Shown piece by piece: positions 24,042 to 37,221 of a DNA stretch of 64,000 nucleotides. Source of the stretch: Vulcanimicrobiota bacterium (GTDB taxonomy: Bacteria; Vulcanimicrobiota; Vulcanimicrobiia; Vulcanimicrobiales; Vulcanimicrobiaceae). Within the stretch, counting starts at the first letter, position 1. Each line of letters starts with the position of its first letter. Under the pieces are notes generated by a model, which worked only from the letters and a program-made list of their open reading frames with translations, was not told the origin of the DNA and did no database searches. Made by a program: the position numbers and the translations under genes. The DNA lies in assembly GCA_963812155.1 (NCBI GenBank), contig CAWETW010000005.1, positions 1 through 64,000 of the forward strand, written 5' to 3'.

Positions 24042-25300
24042 ATTACGCAGTCCGCAAACGCACTCCTACCGGGTGCGGGTTTCGAAACCGGAAAGCTGCT
24101 CGCGCCGCAGCAGGCGCTGGTTGCGTATTTTTGCGCGCGTGCGCGTCGCTGCGCCGCTCGTAGAACGCGTCGCGCTCGACGACGCATCCGGCCGCGTGCT
24201 GGCACGCGAACTCTCCGCCGGTGACGACTTTCCAATCGCGCCGCGTTCGGCGATGGACGGATTCGCATTGCTCGCCGCCGGCACGCCCGGAACGCTGGCG
24301 ATCGCCGGCGAGGTGCGCATGGGCGAGGCGATGCGCGCGACGGTTCACGCGTGAGACCGCACTGCGGATTCCGACCGGCGGAACGTTGCCCGACGGCGCC
24401 GATGCAGTCGTTCCGATCGAAGAAGCGCGTGCGGACGCCACGATGGTGTACGTCGAGCGTGCGTTCGACTCAGGCGCGAACGTCATTGCGCGCGGTTCCG
24501 ACATGCGCCGCGGCGAGACGCTGCTCGCGTCCGGCACGCGCATCGCTTCGCCGCAATGCGGCCTGCTGGCAGCGCTCGGCGTCGCGCGCGTGGACGTGTA
24601 TCGACGGCCCGTCGTGGCGGTGTTTTCGAGCGGCGACGAGTTGGTCGACGTCGAGGAGACGCCCGGGCCGGGACGAATTCGCGACTCGAATCGGTACGCG
24701 ATCGCCGCATCGCTGCGAGCGATGGGCGCGCAGGCGCGCCACTATCCGACGGTTGCCCGACGACTCGCGAGTCGTTCGTTCTCGCGCTTGCGGCCGCACT
24801 GCACGAGTGCGATGCGATCGTAATGACCGGTGGATCGTCGGTCGGGAGAACGCGACCGTCACGCCCGCTGCGGTGGCCGCGCTCGGGGAGCCCGGCGTCG
24901 TCGTGCACGGCTTGCGCGTCAAGCCCGGCAAGCCGACGCTGCTCGGGGCGGCCGGCGGGAAACCGATTCTGGGTCTGCCGGGCAATCCGATCTCGGCGCT
25001 GATGATGCTCGAAGCGGTCGGCGCGCCGATCGTGGCGCGCGCTGTGCGGCGCGCGCCCGCCGGCATATTCCATCGCCGCGCGCTTGGCCGAGCCTCTGCA
25101 CGGGCGAGCCGATTGGACGTGGTACGTTCCGGTCGTCGCTGCGGCATGAGGGCGGGGCCTTGCTGGCGCATCCCCTGCCCTTGCGCTCGTTTTCGGTGAG
25201 CTTGGCGGCGCGTGCCGGCGGTTACGTCGTCATGGACGAGCGTGACGAAGACTGGCCGGCCGGCACGCCGGTCACCGTCCATCAGTTCGTAGGAGCATAA
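24042..25300 (+). CDS. moeA: Molybdopterin molybdotransferase MoeA (indels; start uncertain)
   Basis: GRVLA, RSAMDGFA, RIPTGGTLPDGADAVVPIE, FSSGDEL, IRDSN, TGGSS, VKPGKP and GLPGNP. Confidence 0.9.
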
Positions 25301-25309
25301 ACGCACACG

Positions 25310-26410
25310 ATGGTTCGCCCCGCCCCCGCGATCGACGCGATTCCCGCGACGACGCCGTTCGTCGGTCCCGAGCAGCTCATGCGCGAGCGTGGCCTGCGCG
25401 AACTCGTGCGGCTCGGCGCCAACGAGAGCCCGTTCGGACCGTCGCCGAAGGCGCTCGCCGCGATGGGCGGCGAGCTCCAGCGTTTGGGCTGGTACGGCGA
25501 TCCCGAATCGCTCGATCTTCGCGACGCGCTCGCGCGCAAGCACGCGCTGCGATCCCGAGCAAATCGTCGTCGCGTCGGGCATCGACGACGTCATGGGCCT
25601 GGCGGTGCGCGCGTTCGTCCCGCCCGGCGGTCTCGTCGTCACGACGCGCGGCACCTATCCGACGTTGAACTACCACGCGATCGGGTATGGCGCGAAGCTC
25701 TCGACCGTCGATTACGCACCCGACGGCACGCCCGATCTCGATGCCCTGCTCGACGTTGCGCAACGCGAGCATCCGTCGCTGCTCTACCTCGCAAATCCCG
25801 ACAACCCGAGTGGACGCTTCATCGCACGCGACGACGTCGCCGCATTCTATCGCGCGCTTCCGCACGACACGCTGCTTCTGCTCGACGAAGCCTACGCCGA
25901 TTTCGTCGATCCCGGCGAACTGCCGCCGCAGCATTTCGACGAGCGCCTGATTCGCATGCGCACGTTTTCGAAGGCGTACGGCATGGCCGGAGCGCGCATC
26001 GGTTACGCGCTGACGGCGGCATCGAACGTGCGACGTTTTCCAAAAGATCCGGCTGCACTACGGCATCAATCGCAACGCTCAGGTCGGAGCGCTCGCGTCG
26101 CTCTCCGACGACGAGTTTCGCGACCGCGTCGTGGCCGAAACCGCTCGCGCGCGCGCCGACTACTACGCGCTCGCGTCCGAACTCGGCTGCGACTCCATCG
26201 AATCGTTTACGAACTTCGTCTGCATCGACATGCTGACGGCGCGAACGCGCAACCCGGGTGGTCGACGATCTCTTGCGGCGCGGCGTCTGGATCCGCAAGC
26301 CGGGCGCGCCTCCGCTCGACCGCTTTATCCGCGTGAGCGCCGGCACCGAACCGATGCGCCGCGCCTTTGGTGCCGCATTACGCGCCGTGCTGCACGAGTT
26401 GCCGGCGTGA
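25310..26410 (+). CDS. Histidinol-phosphate aminotransferase-like class I/II aminotransferase (indels)
   Basis: LGANESPFGPSP, YLANPDNPSG, LDEAYADF and RTFSKAYGMAGARIGY. Confidence 0.85.
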
Positions 26411-27137
26411 GATACGCGTTCGTCTCCGACGTCCATGGGAATCTGGAGTCGCTCGAACGCGCGCTCGCGCTAGTCGATGCCGACGACGCGCTCGCGTGTT
26501 TGGGCGATATGGTCGGGTACTGCGCCAACCCCAACGAGTGCGTGCGGCTGCTGCGCGACGCGACGACCGCACGCGGTTCTTGGCAATCACGATTTAGCGG
26601 CGCTCGAGAACTACGGCACCGAGTTTTTCAACGAGGCGGCGCGCGCCGCAATTGAATGGACGCAGCGCGTGCTCGACGACGAGTCGCGCCGATGGTTGAA
26701 CGGTCTCTCCGTACGAACTGCGCTTGCCGGAGTTGCTGATGGTCCACGGCGCGCCGGTCAACTACTTCGAATACATTCTCGACAAGCGCGCCGCGGCGCG
26801 GGCCTTCGCTCGCACCGACGCACCGTTGGTCTTCGTCGGTCATACGCACATCGCGCAGTATTGGGTTCGCGAACCCGACGGGACGATCGGCCACAAACAC
26901 TTGCAGACCGGCGGTGAGCTGACGCTCGACGCCGGAGTGCCGCTACATCGTCGACGTCGGCAGCGTCGGGCAGCCGCGCGATCTCAATCCCGGAAGCCTC
27001 CATGGCGTTCTTCGATACGGAGCAGAGACTCGTGCGCTGGGTGCGTTATCCGTACCCGATCGACGCGGTGCAATCGAAAATTCGCGACGCGCACCTTCCC
27101 GAACTATTTGGCCGAGCGGCTCGAGGTAGGACGATGA
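26407..27137 (+). CDS. Metallophosphoesterase family protein (indels)
   Basis: SDVHGN, CLGDMVGY, GNHD, VHG, GHTH and GSVGQPRD. Confidence 0.9.
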
Positions 27138-27581
27138 GCGACGTTCCCTTCGACGACGGCAACTGCTTTGCGTGCGGTCCCGACAATCGCGGCCGGAATG
27201 CATCTGCAGTTCGAGCGCGCCGCCGACGGCGAAGAAGGCGTACGCGCGGACGTCACGCTCGCGCCGCATTATCAAGGCTGGCGCGGCGTCGCCCACGGCG
27301 GCATCGTGATGGCGCTGCTCGACGAGGCGATGGCGCACGCCGCGGGCTACGCCGGACATCGCGGCGTCACGGCCAGCGTCAACGTGCGGTTTCGCAGTCC
27401 GGTTCCGCTCGAGGTGCCGATCGAAGTGCGCGGACGCGTCGCGTGGCAGCGGCGCAACGTGCTCGGAGTCGAAGCGGCGATTTACGATGCGACCGGAAGC
27501 GTGCTCGTGCAGAGCGAGGGACACGTGGTTTCGCGCGGGGCGCTCGACGCGGCGGCCGACCGGCGCAATCCGCAGCCATGA
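27134..27581 (+). CDS. PaaI family thioesterase (1 indel)
   Basis: NCFACGPDN and YQGWRGVAHGGIVMALLDE. Confidence 0.9.
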
Positions 27582-28064
27582 AGTCGAAACAGCAACGCGC
27601 AGGGGCGCCGGGGGAGAAACGCGCGCCGGTATCGATCGACAATCGCCGCGCGCGTCACGAATACGAAGTGCTCGAATCGCTCGAAGCCGGCTTGGTACTG
27701 ACCGGGACGGAAGATCAAGTCGATTCGCGCGGGCGGCGTCAGTTTGAGCGAAGCCTACGCGCGCTTTCGCGACGGCGAAGCGTGGCTGTTCGGCATGCAC
27801 GTTCCCGCCTATCGGCAGGGAAGCTTTTCGAACGTCGATCCGAACCGGCCGCGCAAACTGCTGCTGCACCGCGAGCAGATCGTGCGCTTGCAGAGCCGCG
27901 TGGGCGAGAAAGGCCTCACGATCGTTCCGCTGCGGATGTACTTCACGCGCGGTATCGCTAAAGTGCAGCTGGGCTTAGCACGCGGCAAGAAACTCTGGGA
28001 CAAGCGCGCAGTCGTCGCCAAACGCGACGTCGAGCGAGAGATCGCACGCCGCGTGCGCAAGTGA
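27578..28064 (+). CDS. smpB: SsrA-binding protein SmpB (1 indel near 27713)
   Basis: NRRARHEY, EAGLVLTGTE(I)KSIR, RPRKLLLHREQI and ARGKKLWDKR. Confidence 0.95.
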
Positions 28065-28071
28065 CGCCGCC

Positions 28072-28959
28072 GTGAGAGGCGCCCGCGCGGAACGCGACGT
28101 CGAGCGCGCGATTCGCCAGAGCGGTGCGATCGAGCGTGGCGAACGCCTCCTGATCGCGTGCAGCGGCGGCCCCGATTCGGTGGCCCTGGCGTGGGCGCTG
28201 AGCGAGCTCTCCGGTCCGATGCGCCTGCAGGCGCGCATGGCATACGTGAATCACGGCATCCGCGAGGCGGCGTGGCAGGACGAATGCGTCGCGGCATCCG
28301 TCGCTGCAGCCTGCGGCCTCGAACTCGAGGTGATTCGTCCGGCACCCTCGGGTAACGACGAAGCATCGTTACGCGCGTTGCGTTACGAGTCGCTGCTCGA
28401 ATGCGCGCGGCGCTGCGGCAGCACGGCCGTCGTGACGGCGCACCACGCGGAGGATCAAAGCGAAACGGTGTTGCTCGCGCTGTTTCGCGGGGCGGGTCGA
28501 GACGGTCTTGCCGGCATGCCGGTGCGGCGCCAGCTCGGCGACGGCATTGCGCTCGCGCGGCCGCTGCTGCGCGTCGAGGCCGGCGCACTGCGGCGCCTCT
28601 GTCACGCACGCGCGCTGCCGTATGCAGTCGATGCGACCAATGCGGACGCCGCGTTCCGCCGCAATGCGGTTCGCGGTGCCCTCGACGCGCTGCGCCCGCT
28701 CTTCCCAGGACTCGATGAAGCGGTCGCTCGGGCGGCGACGCTCGCCTCCGACGAGACGCAGTCGCCGCGGCGTGCCGAGCTTCGGCGGATCGTGCGCGCC
28801 TGCTTGGCGGAGCAAGAACAGCTGCGCGACATCGCCTTTGCCCACGTCGAAGCGGCCGTGCGTGCCCTCGAAAGCGGCCGCAGCGGAAGCTTTTGGATGA
28901 AACCCGGAGTTATTCTCGAGGTACGCCAAGGCGAAGTCTCGGGCATAACCCGGGAGTAG
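28072..28959 (+). CDS. tilS: tRNA(Ile)-lysidine synthetase
   Basis: ACSGGPDS PP-loop, VNHGIR, TAHHAEDQSET, RPLL, D.TN and RRNAVR. Confidence 0.93.
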   Translation: MRGARAERDVERAIRQSGAIERGERLLIACSGGPDSVALAWALSELSGPMRLQARMAYVNHGIREAAWQDECVAASVAAACGLELEVIRPAPSGNDEASLRALRYESLLECARRCGSTAVVTAHHAEDQSETVLLALFRGAGRDGLAGMPVRRQLGDGIALARPLLRVEAGALRRLCHARALPYAVDATNADAAFRRNAVRGALDALRPLFPGLDEAVARAATLASDETQSPRRAELRRIVRACLAEQEQLRDIAFAHVEAAVRALESGRSGSFWMKPGVILEVRQGEVSGITRE

Positions 28960-29067
28960 AAAAGGGGCGCCTTCGGCGTCGAGCAACCAGCCCGTCCGCC
29001 GGGTGTGTTGAAAGGAAACGATGCCCGCGAAGGCCCAAGAGTCCCCCGTGTCCCCCGGAAAGGCGAC

Positions 29068-30983
<1,916 letters not shown>

Positions 30984-30987
<4 letters not shown>

Positions 30988-32288
30988 GATTCGGCCGGGC
31001 CGTCGCCATCGCGGTGCTCGTTTGCGCATCGCCGCTCTTGACGGCGCCCTCCGCAGCCGCCGGTGCAGCGCAGCAGCGAGGCTCGCTGCCGCGCGGAGGC
31101 GTCTACGTACTCGATGCAAATCCGTCCATCGGTGCAGCTGCGGTTGCGCTGTGGTTTCGCGCGCCCGGTGCAGGCTACGACAATGCGTCGCCCGGAATCG
31201 CGCGGCTGGCGGCGACCGCCGCGGCGGTTGCGCCGCTGGCGGGCGGAAAATCGCTCGTGGAAGTCGTGCACTCCGCGGGCGGCCAGTTAAACATCAACGC
31301 CTATCCCGACATCGTCGGCGTAGACGCGCTCATCCCGTCTTCGGGGGTGCGCCGCGTGGTCGCGGCAATGACGGCGGCCTACTTTGCGCCGTCCATCGGC
31401 GATGCGGCCGTGAAAACGGCGCAGCGCGATGCGGCGGTGCTCGCCGTTCAACAGCGCTACTCGACGGATCTCACGCTGCACGACCTGCTCTTCAAGAAAA
31501 TTTTCTCCAGCGGTCCGGCGCACTATCCGGCGTTGCCCGATTCGGTTACCGATATCGCGCGCATCTCGCCGCAGAGCATTGCGGACTTCGCCAAGCGCGC
31601 GTTCCGGTCGGGGAACGCGCTGCTCGCCATGACCGGCAATGTCGACGCTTCAACGATTGCTGCCGTGAGCGACGGTAGCGGCGGCACGATGGATGCGCCG
31701 TTCGACTCGGCGCTCTCGGGAGCGACCGGCGAAACGACCTCGTCGGGTGAGGTGCCGGGGACCGGTTTGGCGTGGGTCGGTCCGCCGATCGCCGACCAAA
31801 AAGCGGCGACCGCGCTCGATTTCGTGGCCGACTATCTCTTCCGCGAGCAAACCGGCGTAGTGAGCCGCGAGATCGACGCCGGCAACAAGGATGCCTACGT
31901 GATCGGACAGTTCATCACGCTGCACGATCCCGGCGTCATGCGCGTCACCATCGGGGGCAGCGACGACAAGACGGCCGCGCAGACCGTTCTCGGCGCACTG
32001 CAAAAGTTGGCGACGCCGATGGATCCGAAAACGTTCGGCGCCGCGCGCGAAGCGTTTCTGTACCACATCGCATCCGACACGCAAACGCCCGACGCGCTTT
32101 CCGATAATTTGGGCTGGTACGCCTCCGAGGGACGGCCGGAGTATGCGCCCGGCGACGACAGTGGCGAGTATCTCCGGGCCGCGCGCGCCCTCGATCCGCA
32201 ATACGTGTCGGAGGTCGTCCGCAAGTATTTGACCGCACCGGTTACGGTGCGGCTCATCACCGTCGCGCCGAAAGGACCGCCGTCGTGA
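30984..32288 (+). CDS. Secreted M16 (insulinase)-like protein, no HxxEH
   Basis: Signal peptide; LWFRAPG...PGIARLAA where the M16 G.AH..EH motif is expected; I..F.KRAFRSGNA; VSEVVRKYL. Confidence 0.7.
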
Positions 32289-33628
32289 TCGTACGCGCTC
32301 TCTTGTCCGCCACGCTCGCTCTCGCTGCGATCGTGCCCGTCGCCGCTCGTGCGAGCGGCGAAGCGACGGCGCCGATCGTCGAGCGTCATGGCGGCGGCAC
32401 GATCGTTCGTCAGCCGGATGCGCGCGCGTCGCTGGTCGGCATCGCAATCGTCGTCGCGGCCGGCCTCGACCGGCAAACGATGAAGCAAAGCGGGTTGGCA
32501 GCCCTCGTCGCACAGACGATTCTCCAGACGCCGGTCACGTTGCCCGCGCAATCACCGGCAACGATGCCGCTGGAGCAAGCCGTGGCGGCCAGCGGCGGTT
32601 CCATCCATTTCGCCGTCGATCCCGAAGACGTGCGTTTCTACGTTGAAGCGCTGGCCGGGGATGCGTCAACGGCGGTCGGACTCTTTCGTCAGGCGCTCGG
32701 TTCGCCGGACTTCCATCCCGTGGTGGTGCGCGATGCGCGTGCGGCGCTGATGCGAAAACTCTCGCAGTCGCAGCAATACAACCAAAACGCGCTGCAAGTC
32801 GGCCTCGACATGCTCAACGAAGCGTCGTCGTCGGAGGCGAACGCGGGGCTGCCCGCGCTTGGAACGTCGGGTTCGCTCGCGCAACTCGTGTCGTCCGACG
32901 CGCAACGTTTCTACCAGACCTACTACAAGCGCGGCGGTATGGTCGTCAGCGCCGTCGGACGGCTCGATTCGCTCGGTTCCGATTCGCTCGCGTCGCTCGC
33001 GGACGCGTTGCCGGAAGGAAGCACCGCGGCCATTTCGGTGCGCGTCCCCTCACTGCGCGGGGCCTCGCGCGAAATCGTCGCGCATCGCGACATCGCGTCG
33101 CCGTGGCTGATCGCTCAATACGCCGCGCCCGGCGTCGAGAGCCGCGACTTCGGGCCGATGCTGGTGCTGGCCGCATTCGTGCGGCGCACGCTGGCCGAGA
33201 TCGCGCAAGTACCGGGCGTCGTCTCGCCGACGTTCGCGTCGCGCGCCGTCGGCGCCGACTACAGTTACGACCGCATGCCGGCCCATCTCGTGCTCTACGT
33301 CAACGGCGGCATCGGCAACCCGAGCCGCGCTTTCGCGACCGCGTTGTCGGTCGTCGGCGTGCTCGCCGTCACGCGCCTGCAGGGCTCGATCGACGAGTTC
33401 AAAGCCGAGGCGGCGGGCGACTTCGCAACGGGTGCGACGACGCTCGAGACGCGCGCCTGGCTAGCCGCAGTGTTCGCGCGCAACGATGCGTCGCCCGACT
33501 TTTTGGGGCGCGCGCTGCGCGCAATCTCCGCGACGACCGCAGAAGACGTGCAGCGCGTCGCGCGCGTCTATTTGGGCAACCCGACGATTGCGCTGGTCCT
33601 ACCGCGTGACATTGCCCCCCAGAACTAA
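32285..33628 (+). CDS. Second secreted M16 (insulinase)-like protein, no HxxEH
   Basis: Signal peptide; SGLAALVAQ; DAQRFYQTYY..MVVSAVG; ISATTAEDVQRVARVYL. Confidence 0.72.
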   Translation: MIVRALLSATLALAAIVPVAARASGEATAPIVERHGGGTIVRQPDARASLVGIAIVVAAGLDRQTMKQSGLAALVAQTILQTPVTLPAQSPATMPLEQAVAASGGSIHFAVDPEDVRFYVEALAGDASTAVGLFRQALGSPDFHPVVVRDARAALMRKLSQSQQYNQNALQVGLDMLNEASSSEANAGLPALGTSGSLAQLVSSDAQRFYQTYYKRGGMVVSAVGRLDSLGSDSLASLADALPEGSTAAISVRVPSLRGASREIVAHRDIASPWLIAQYAAPGVESRDFGPMLVLAAFVRRTLAEIAQVPGVVSPTFASRAVGADYSYDRMPAHLVLYVNGGIGNPSRAFATALSVVGVLAVTRLQGSIDEFKAEAAGDFATGATTLETRAWLAAVFARNDASPDFLGRALRAISATTAEDVQRVARVYLGNPTIALVLPRDIAPQN

Positions 33629-33657
33629 GGACGAGTTGGGATAAATCCGAGCCTCCT

Positions 33658-34764
33658 GTGAAGGTTGCGCTCGTTCATGATTATCTAAACCAGCGCGGCG
33701 GCGCGGAACGCGTCTTCGCCAGCATCGCGCGGGCGTGGCCCGATGCTCCCGTGTATACCGCTCTCTACGATCCGCGCGCGACCGGCGACCTGGTCGCCCG
33801 GGACCGCGTACGGACGTCGTATCTCGCGCGCGTACCGTTCGCGAACCGTTCCTTTCGAGCGCTCGCGCCGTTCTATCCGAGGGCGTTCGAGTCGTTCGAC
33901 CTTTCGGGTTTCGATACGATCGTCAGTTCGACGACCGCATGGGCGAAGGGCGTGATCTTCCCTCCGTCGAGCGTCCACGTCTGCTATATCAATACGGTGA
34001 GCCGCTTCGCGTTTGCGTACGACGCCTACGTCGGCGAACTGACGCGTTCGCGCGGCGGAACGGTTGCATCGATGCTCGCGCGCCCGGTCGTCCGCCGGCT
34101 CGTCGAATGGGATCGCCGCGCCGCGCAGCGTCCGACGGCCTTTGTTGCGAACTCCCAAAACGTTGCCGCGCGCATTCGTGCGTTCTACGGTCGCGACGCG
34201 GAGGTGCTTGCGTGCCCCGTCGACGTCGATCGCTTCAGCGTCGGCAGCGGCTCCGGCGATTATTTTTTCATTGCGTCGCGGCTGCTGCCATACAAGCACG
34301 TCGAGCGTGCGATCGACGCCGCGCAGGCGGCGCGCGTGCCGTTGCTCGTCGCAGGAACCGGCCCGTGCGAACGCGCGTTGCGCGCACGCGCGCGCGGGAC
34401 GACGACGACGATGCTGGGGTTTGTCGACGATGCGCGCCTCAACGAACTGCTCGGCAAGGCGCGTGCTGCGGTGCTGCCGGGCGAAGAAGACTTCGGCTTG
34501 CTGCCGCTGGAGGCGGCGGCCGCCGGGCGTGCGACGATTGCGTATCGCTGTGGAGGCGCGCTGGAAACGATCGTTGAGGGAACGACGGGCGAGTTTTTCG
34601 ACGAACCGTCCGCGGAATCGCTGGCGCGCGCCTTGCGCGCCTTCGATGCGTCTCGCTACGACGCCCGCACGCTGCGCGCCCACGCGGAGGCGTATGCGCC
34701 GGAGCGCTTCATCGGGCGCCTGCGCGCGATCGTCGACCGCGTCCGCGCCGAACGCCATGCCTAG
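33658..34764 (+). CDS. GT4 family glycosyltransferase
   Basis: MKVALVHDYLNQRGGAERV, SRLLPYK and EEDFGLLPLEAAAAG. Confidence 0.92.
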   Translation: MKVALVHDYLNQRGGAERVFASIARAWPDAPVYTALYDPRATGDLVARDRVRTSYLARVPFANRSFRALAPFYPRAFESFDLSGFDTIVSSTTAWAKGVIFPPSSVHVCYINTVSRFAFAYDAYVGELTRSRGGTVASMLARPVVRRLVEWDRRAAQRPTAFVANSQNVAARIRAFYGRDAEVLACPVDVDRFSVGSGSGDYFFIASRLLPYKHVERAIDAAQAARVPLLVAGTGPCERALRARARGTTTTMLGFVDDARLNELLGKARAAVLPGEEDFGLLPLEAAAAGRATIAYRCGGALETIVEGTTGEFFDEPSAESLARALRAFDASRYDARTLRAHAEAYAPERFIGRLRAIVDRVRAERHA

Positions 34765-36010
34765 GCCGGAGAAAAGGTGGCTGCTTTTCGCCGTCGCGTT
34801 GTTCGTTGCGGTCTACCTTGCGTACGATTTCAATCGGCTCTACGCGTTGCGCTACGGCGCCGATTTGGGCACGTATTTGCAAACGCTGGTGAATCTGCGG
34901 CACGGCTCGTCGTTTAACTTCGGCGAGTGGCGGCCGCATTTCCAGGTTCACGACTCCTGGGCCCTCGTCGCGCTCGTTCCCGTGATTGCATTGATTCCGC
35001 GGGCCGAAGCGCTGATCGCCGTGCAAGTCGTCGCCGTTGCCGTAGCGGCGATTCCGCTCGCGCTTTTTGCGCGCGAGATCGGCGTGGCGCCGCGCGCCGC
35101 GATCGTCATCGGCATCGCCTATCTCCTGACGCCTTCGGCACAGGGACTGGCCTACGACAACTTCTCCGAGAACGTTTTCGTGCCGCTACTCGTATTTTGC
35201 GGCGCGCTCGCAGTACGGCGGCGTGTGCTCTGGCCCGCGCTGCTCTGCGCGCTGCTGCTGTGCGGTTTGAAGGAAGACGAGATCCTTTTCGTTGCGTGGT
35301 TCGCTGTGGCATGCGCGCTGTGGTGGGACCGGCGAATCGGCGTGGCGCTCCTGGCGCTGGCCTTCGTTAATGCGGCGGCGTATTGGGGAATCGAAACGCT
35401 GCGCGGCGTGCGTCCGAACGATCCGCCGTACGGCTTCGCGGTGCACGACGTCAGCGGCAAGTTCACGCTCGTGTCGCTGCTGCTCTTACCGTTTGCGCTG
35501 GCACCGTTGGCGGTTGGCCGTTGGCTGCTGCTGGCGCTGCCGCTGCTGGCGGAAATTGTCTTCATGCAGCCGTGGAACTACGAGCCGAGCCGCATCGGGT
35601 CGCACTACACGGCCCCGCTGCTTGCGGCGGCGGCGCTTTCGGCCGCCTTTGGAGTGCGCCGCGTTAGCGGCTTCGCGCGTTGGATGATTCCGTGCGCGCT
35701 CGTGGTGACGCTGGTGATCTTCACGGATACGGCGCTGCGTCCCGGACGCTGGCCGTATATCGTCGACTGGAATGCGTACGCTCGCGCCGTTGCAACGCGC
35801 GACGGGGAAAAGGCGGTGACGCTGCCGCGCCGCGACGAGGGCGTCTGGGCGGTGGCCGCCGTCAATCCGCGGGTTCGTCTCGACCCGCATCCCGATCCGC
35901 TCTTCGTCGCCTGTCCCGCGTACGACACGAACGCGCGCGCATTTTTCGCAAGTCTGCTGGGCCGCATGCCGGCCGCGCTGTGCGGCGGCGTTCCGCTCGA
36001 GCCCAAGTGA
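34757..36010 (+). CDS. DUF2079 family polytopic membrane protein
   Basis: DLGTYLQ, HFQVHDS, YDNFSE and LKEDE; multiple TM helices. Confidence 0.75.
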   Translation: MPRPEKRWLLFAVALFVAVYLAYDFNRLYALRYGADLGTYLQTLVNLRHGSSFNFGEWRPHFQVHDSWALVALVPVIALIPRAEALIAVQVVAVAVAAIPLALFAREIGVAPRAAIVIGIAYLLTPSAQGLAYDNFSENVFVPLLVFCGALAVRRRVLWPALLCALLLCGLKEDEILFVAWFAVACALWWDRRIGVALLALAFVNAAAYWGIETLRGVRPNDPPYGFAVHDVSGKFTLVSLLLLPFALAPLAVGRWLLLALPLLAEIVFMQPWNYEPSRIGSHYTAPLLAAAALSAAFGVRRVSGFARWMIPCALVVTLVIFTDTALRPGRWPYIVDWNAYARAVATRDGEKAVTLPRRDEGVWAVAAVNPRVRLDPHPDPLFVACPAYDTNARAFFASLLGRMPAALCGGVPLEPK

Positions 36011-37107
36011 TGCCGGACCTCACGCATATTGAGGTTGCGCGCGCGATGCGCGAAGACCGCGGACGCTTCGCGCGCCTGCGGGACGCGCGCGTGCTCGTCT
36101 ACTGGCCGCACGGTTTGGGCGATTGGGTCCATCTCGGTGCGATATTGCCATTGTTGGAGCCCAGCAATGCCTATGCCGTCGCGCGATTCGGCGACGACTA
36201 TGCGGCCGTCATGGAAAACGATCGCTGCGCGACGCCGCTGACGAGCGGCGTTCGCGCGCCAAATACCGGTGCGGAGCTGGGCGCGCCGCATCTGGGCGTC
36301 GATTTGCGGAGGCTGCGCGGCGGCCCCGCGACGCTGCGTTTACCGGCGCCGCTCGACGGCGCCGTGCGTACATTCGCACCCGATACGCTGCTCTGGACGG
36401 ATTACCCCGAGACCGAAGGCCGCACCGCATATCCGTTTCATACCAAAGCGCGTAACCTGGCACGACTCCTCGTGCGGCCCGAACGATTGGCGCAGTTCGA
36501 TCTTTCGCGGCCGCTGCCGAATTCGATCGACTTCGCGCCGCCGGAACCAACGCAGCACCGCGTCGACGAACGACTCGTTGCGTTCGCACCGCCCGGAACG
36601 AAGCTTTGCGTCGTCTCGCGGGCCGGCGTGACGGCCGCGCGCAAGAATTGGGGCGACGGTTCGCAAGCGCGCGAGTTCGTCGCGCTGCTGCGCCGCGACG
36701 ATCCGCGCTGGCGCGTGCTTTCGATGGACGGGGAAACGTTGGGCTACGGCGCCGCAAGTTATCGCGACGTCTTCGGCGCCGTCGACGAACCGTTCGCCCG
36801 GGTCTTCAAAGCGGTGCTCGCACGCACCGCGCTGTTCGCCGGCGTGCCGGCCGGCCCGCTGCACGTCACGATGGCTCGCGGAGGCGTTCCGGTCGTCGGC
36901 GTTTGGACCGCACACCACCCCGATTGGTACGACGAGCCCAATCCCGCGGCCATTCACCTCATCGGCACCCACGTCCGGGAGCGCCGATTCGATCGCCGGG
37001 CGGCGACGGCCACCAAACCGGCCTCACTCGCGCACCACGTCGAGTATCTCGAAACGGCAATGCCCGCGGGCTCGGCGGTTTTCGAGGCCGCGCGCCGCCT
37101 CACGTAG
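36010..37107 (+). CDS. GT9 (heptosyltransferase)-like glycosyltransferase
   Basis: PHGLGDWVH, RKNW and LFAGVPAGPLHV...GVPVVGVW resemble GT9 motifs. Confidence 0.55.
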   Translation: MPDLTHIEVARAMREDRGRFARLRDARVLVYWPHGLGDWVHLGAILPLLEPSNAYAVARFGDDYAAVMENDRCATPLTSGVRAPNTGAELGAPHLGVDLRRLRGGPATLRLPAPLDGAVRTFAPDTLLWTDYPETEGRTAYPFHTKARNLARLLVRPERLAQFDLSRPLPNSIDFAPPEPTQHRVDERLVAFAPPGTKLCVVSRAGVTAARKNWGDGSQAREFVALLRRDDPRWRVLSMDGETLGYGAASYRDVFGAVDEPFARVFKAVLARTALFAGVPAGPLHVTMARGGVPVVGVWTAHHPDWYDEPNPAAIHLIGTHVRERRFDRRAATATKPASLAHHVEYLETAMPAGSAVFEAARRLT

Positions 37108-37221
37108 CGGTTTACCGAAGACACCAACGGGTTTTGCATCAACGGGCAATACTTCGACTTCCGCCAGCGAGGAGCCGAACGGCAAGGTGCCCAACTCGCG
37201 CGGCAGGACGGAGGAAATTTC

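Noticed and set aside
27578..28071. tmRNA (ssrA) next to smpB
   Set aside because: Only 7 bp separate smpB and tilS, and no tmRNA-like ends were seen in the window.
37170..37210. SAH or SAM-I riboswitch
   Set aside because: Only short fragments (CGAGGAGC, GGTGCC) match; core consensus elements are missing and the downstream gene is unrelated to methionine metabolism.
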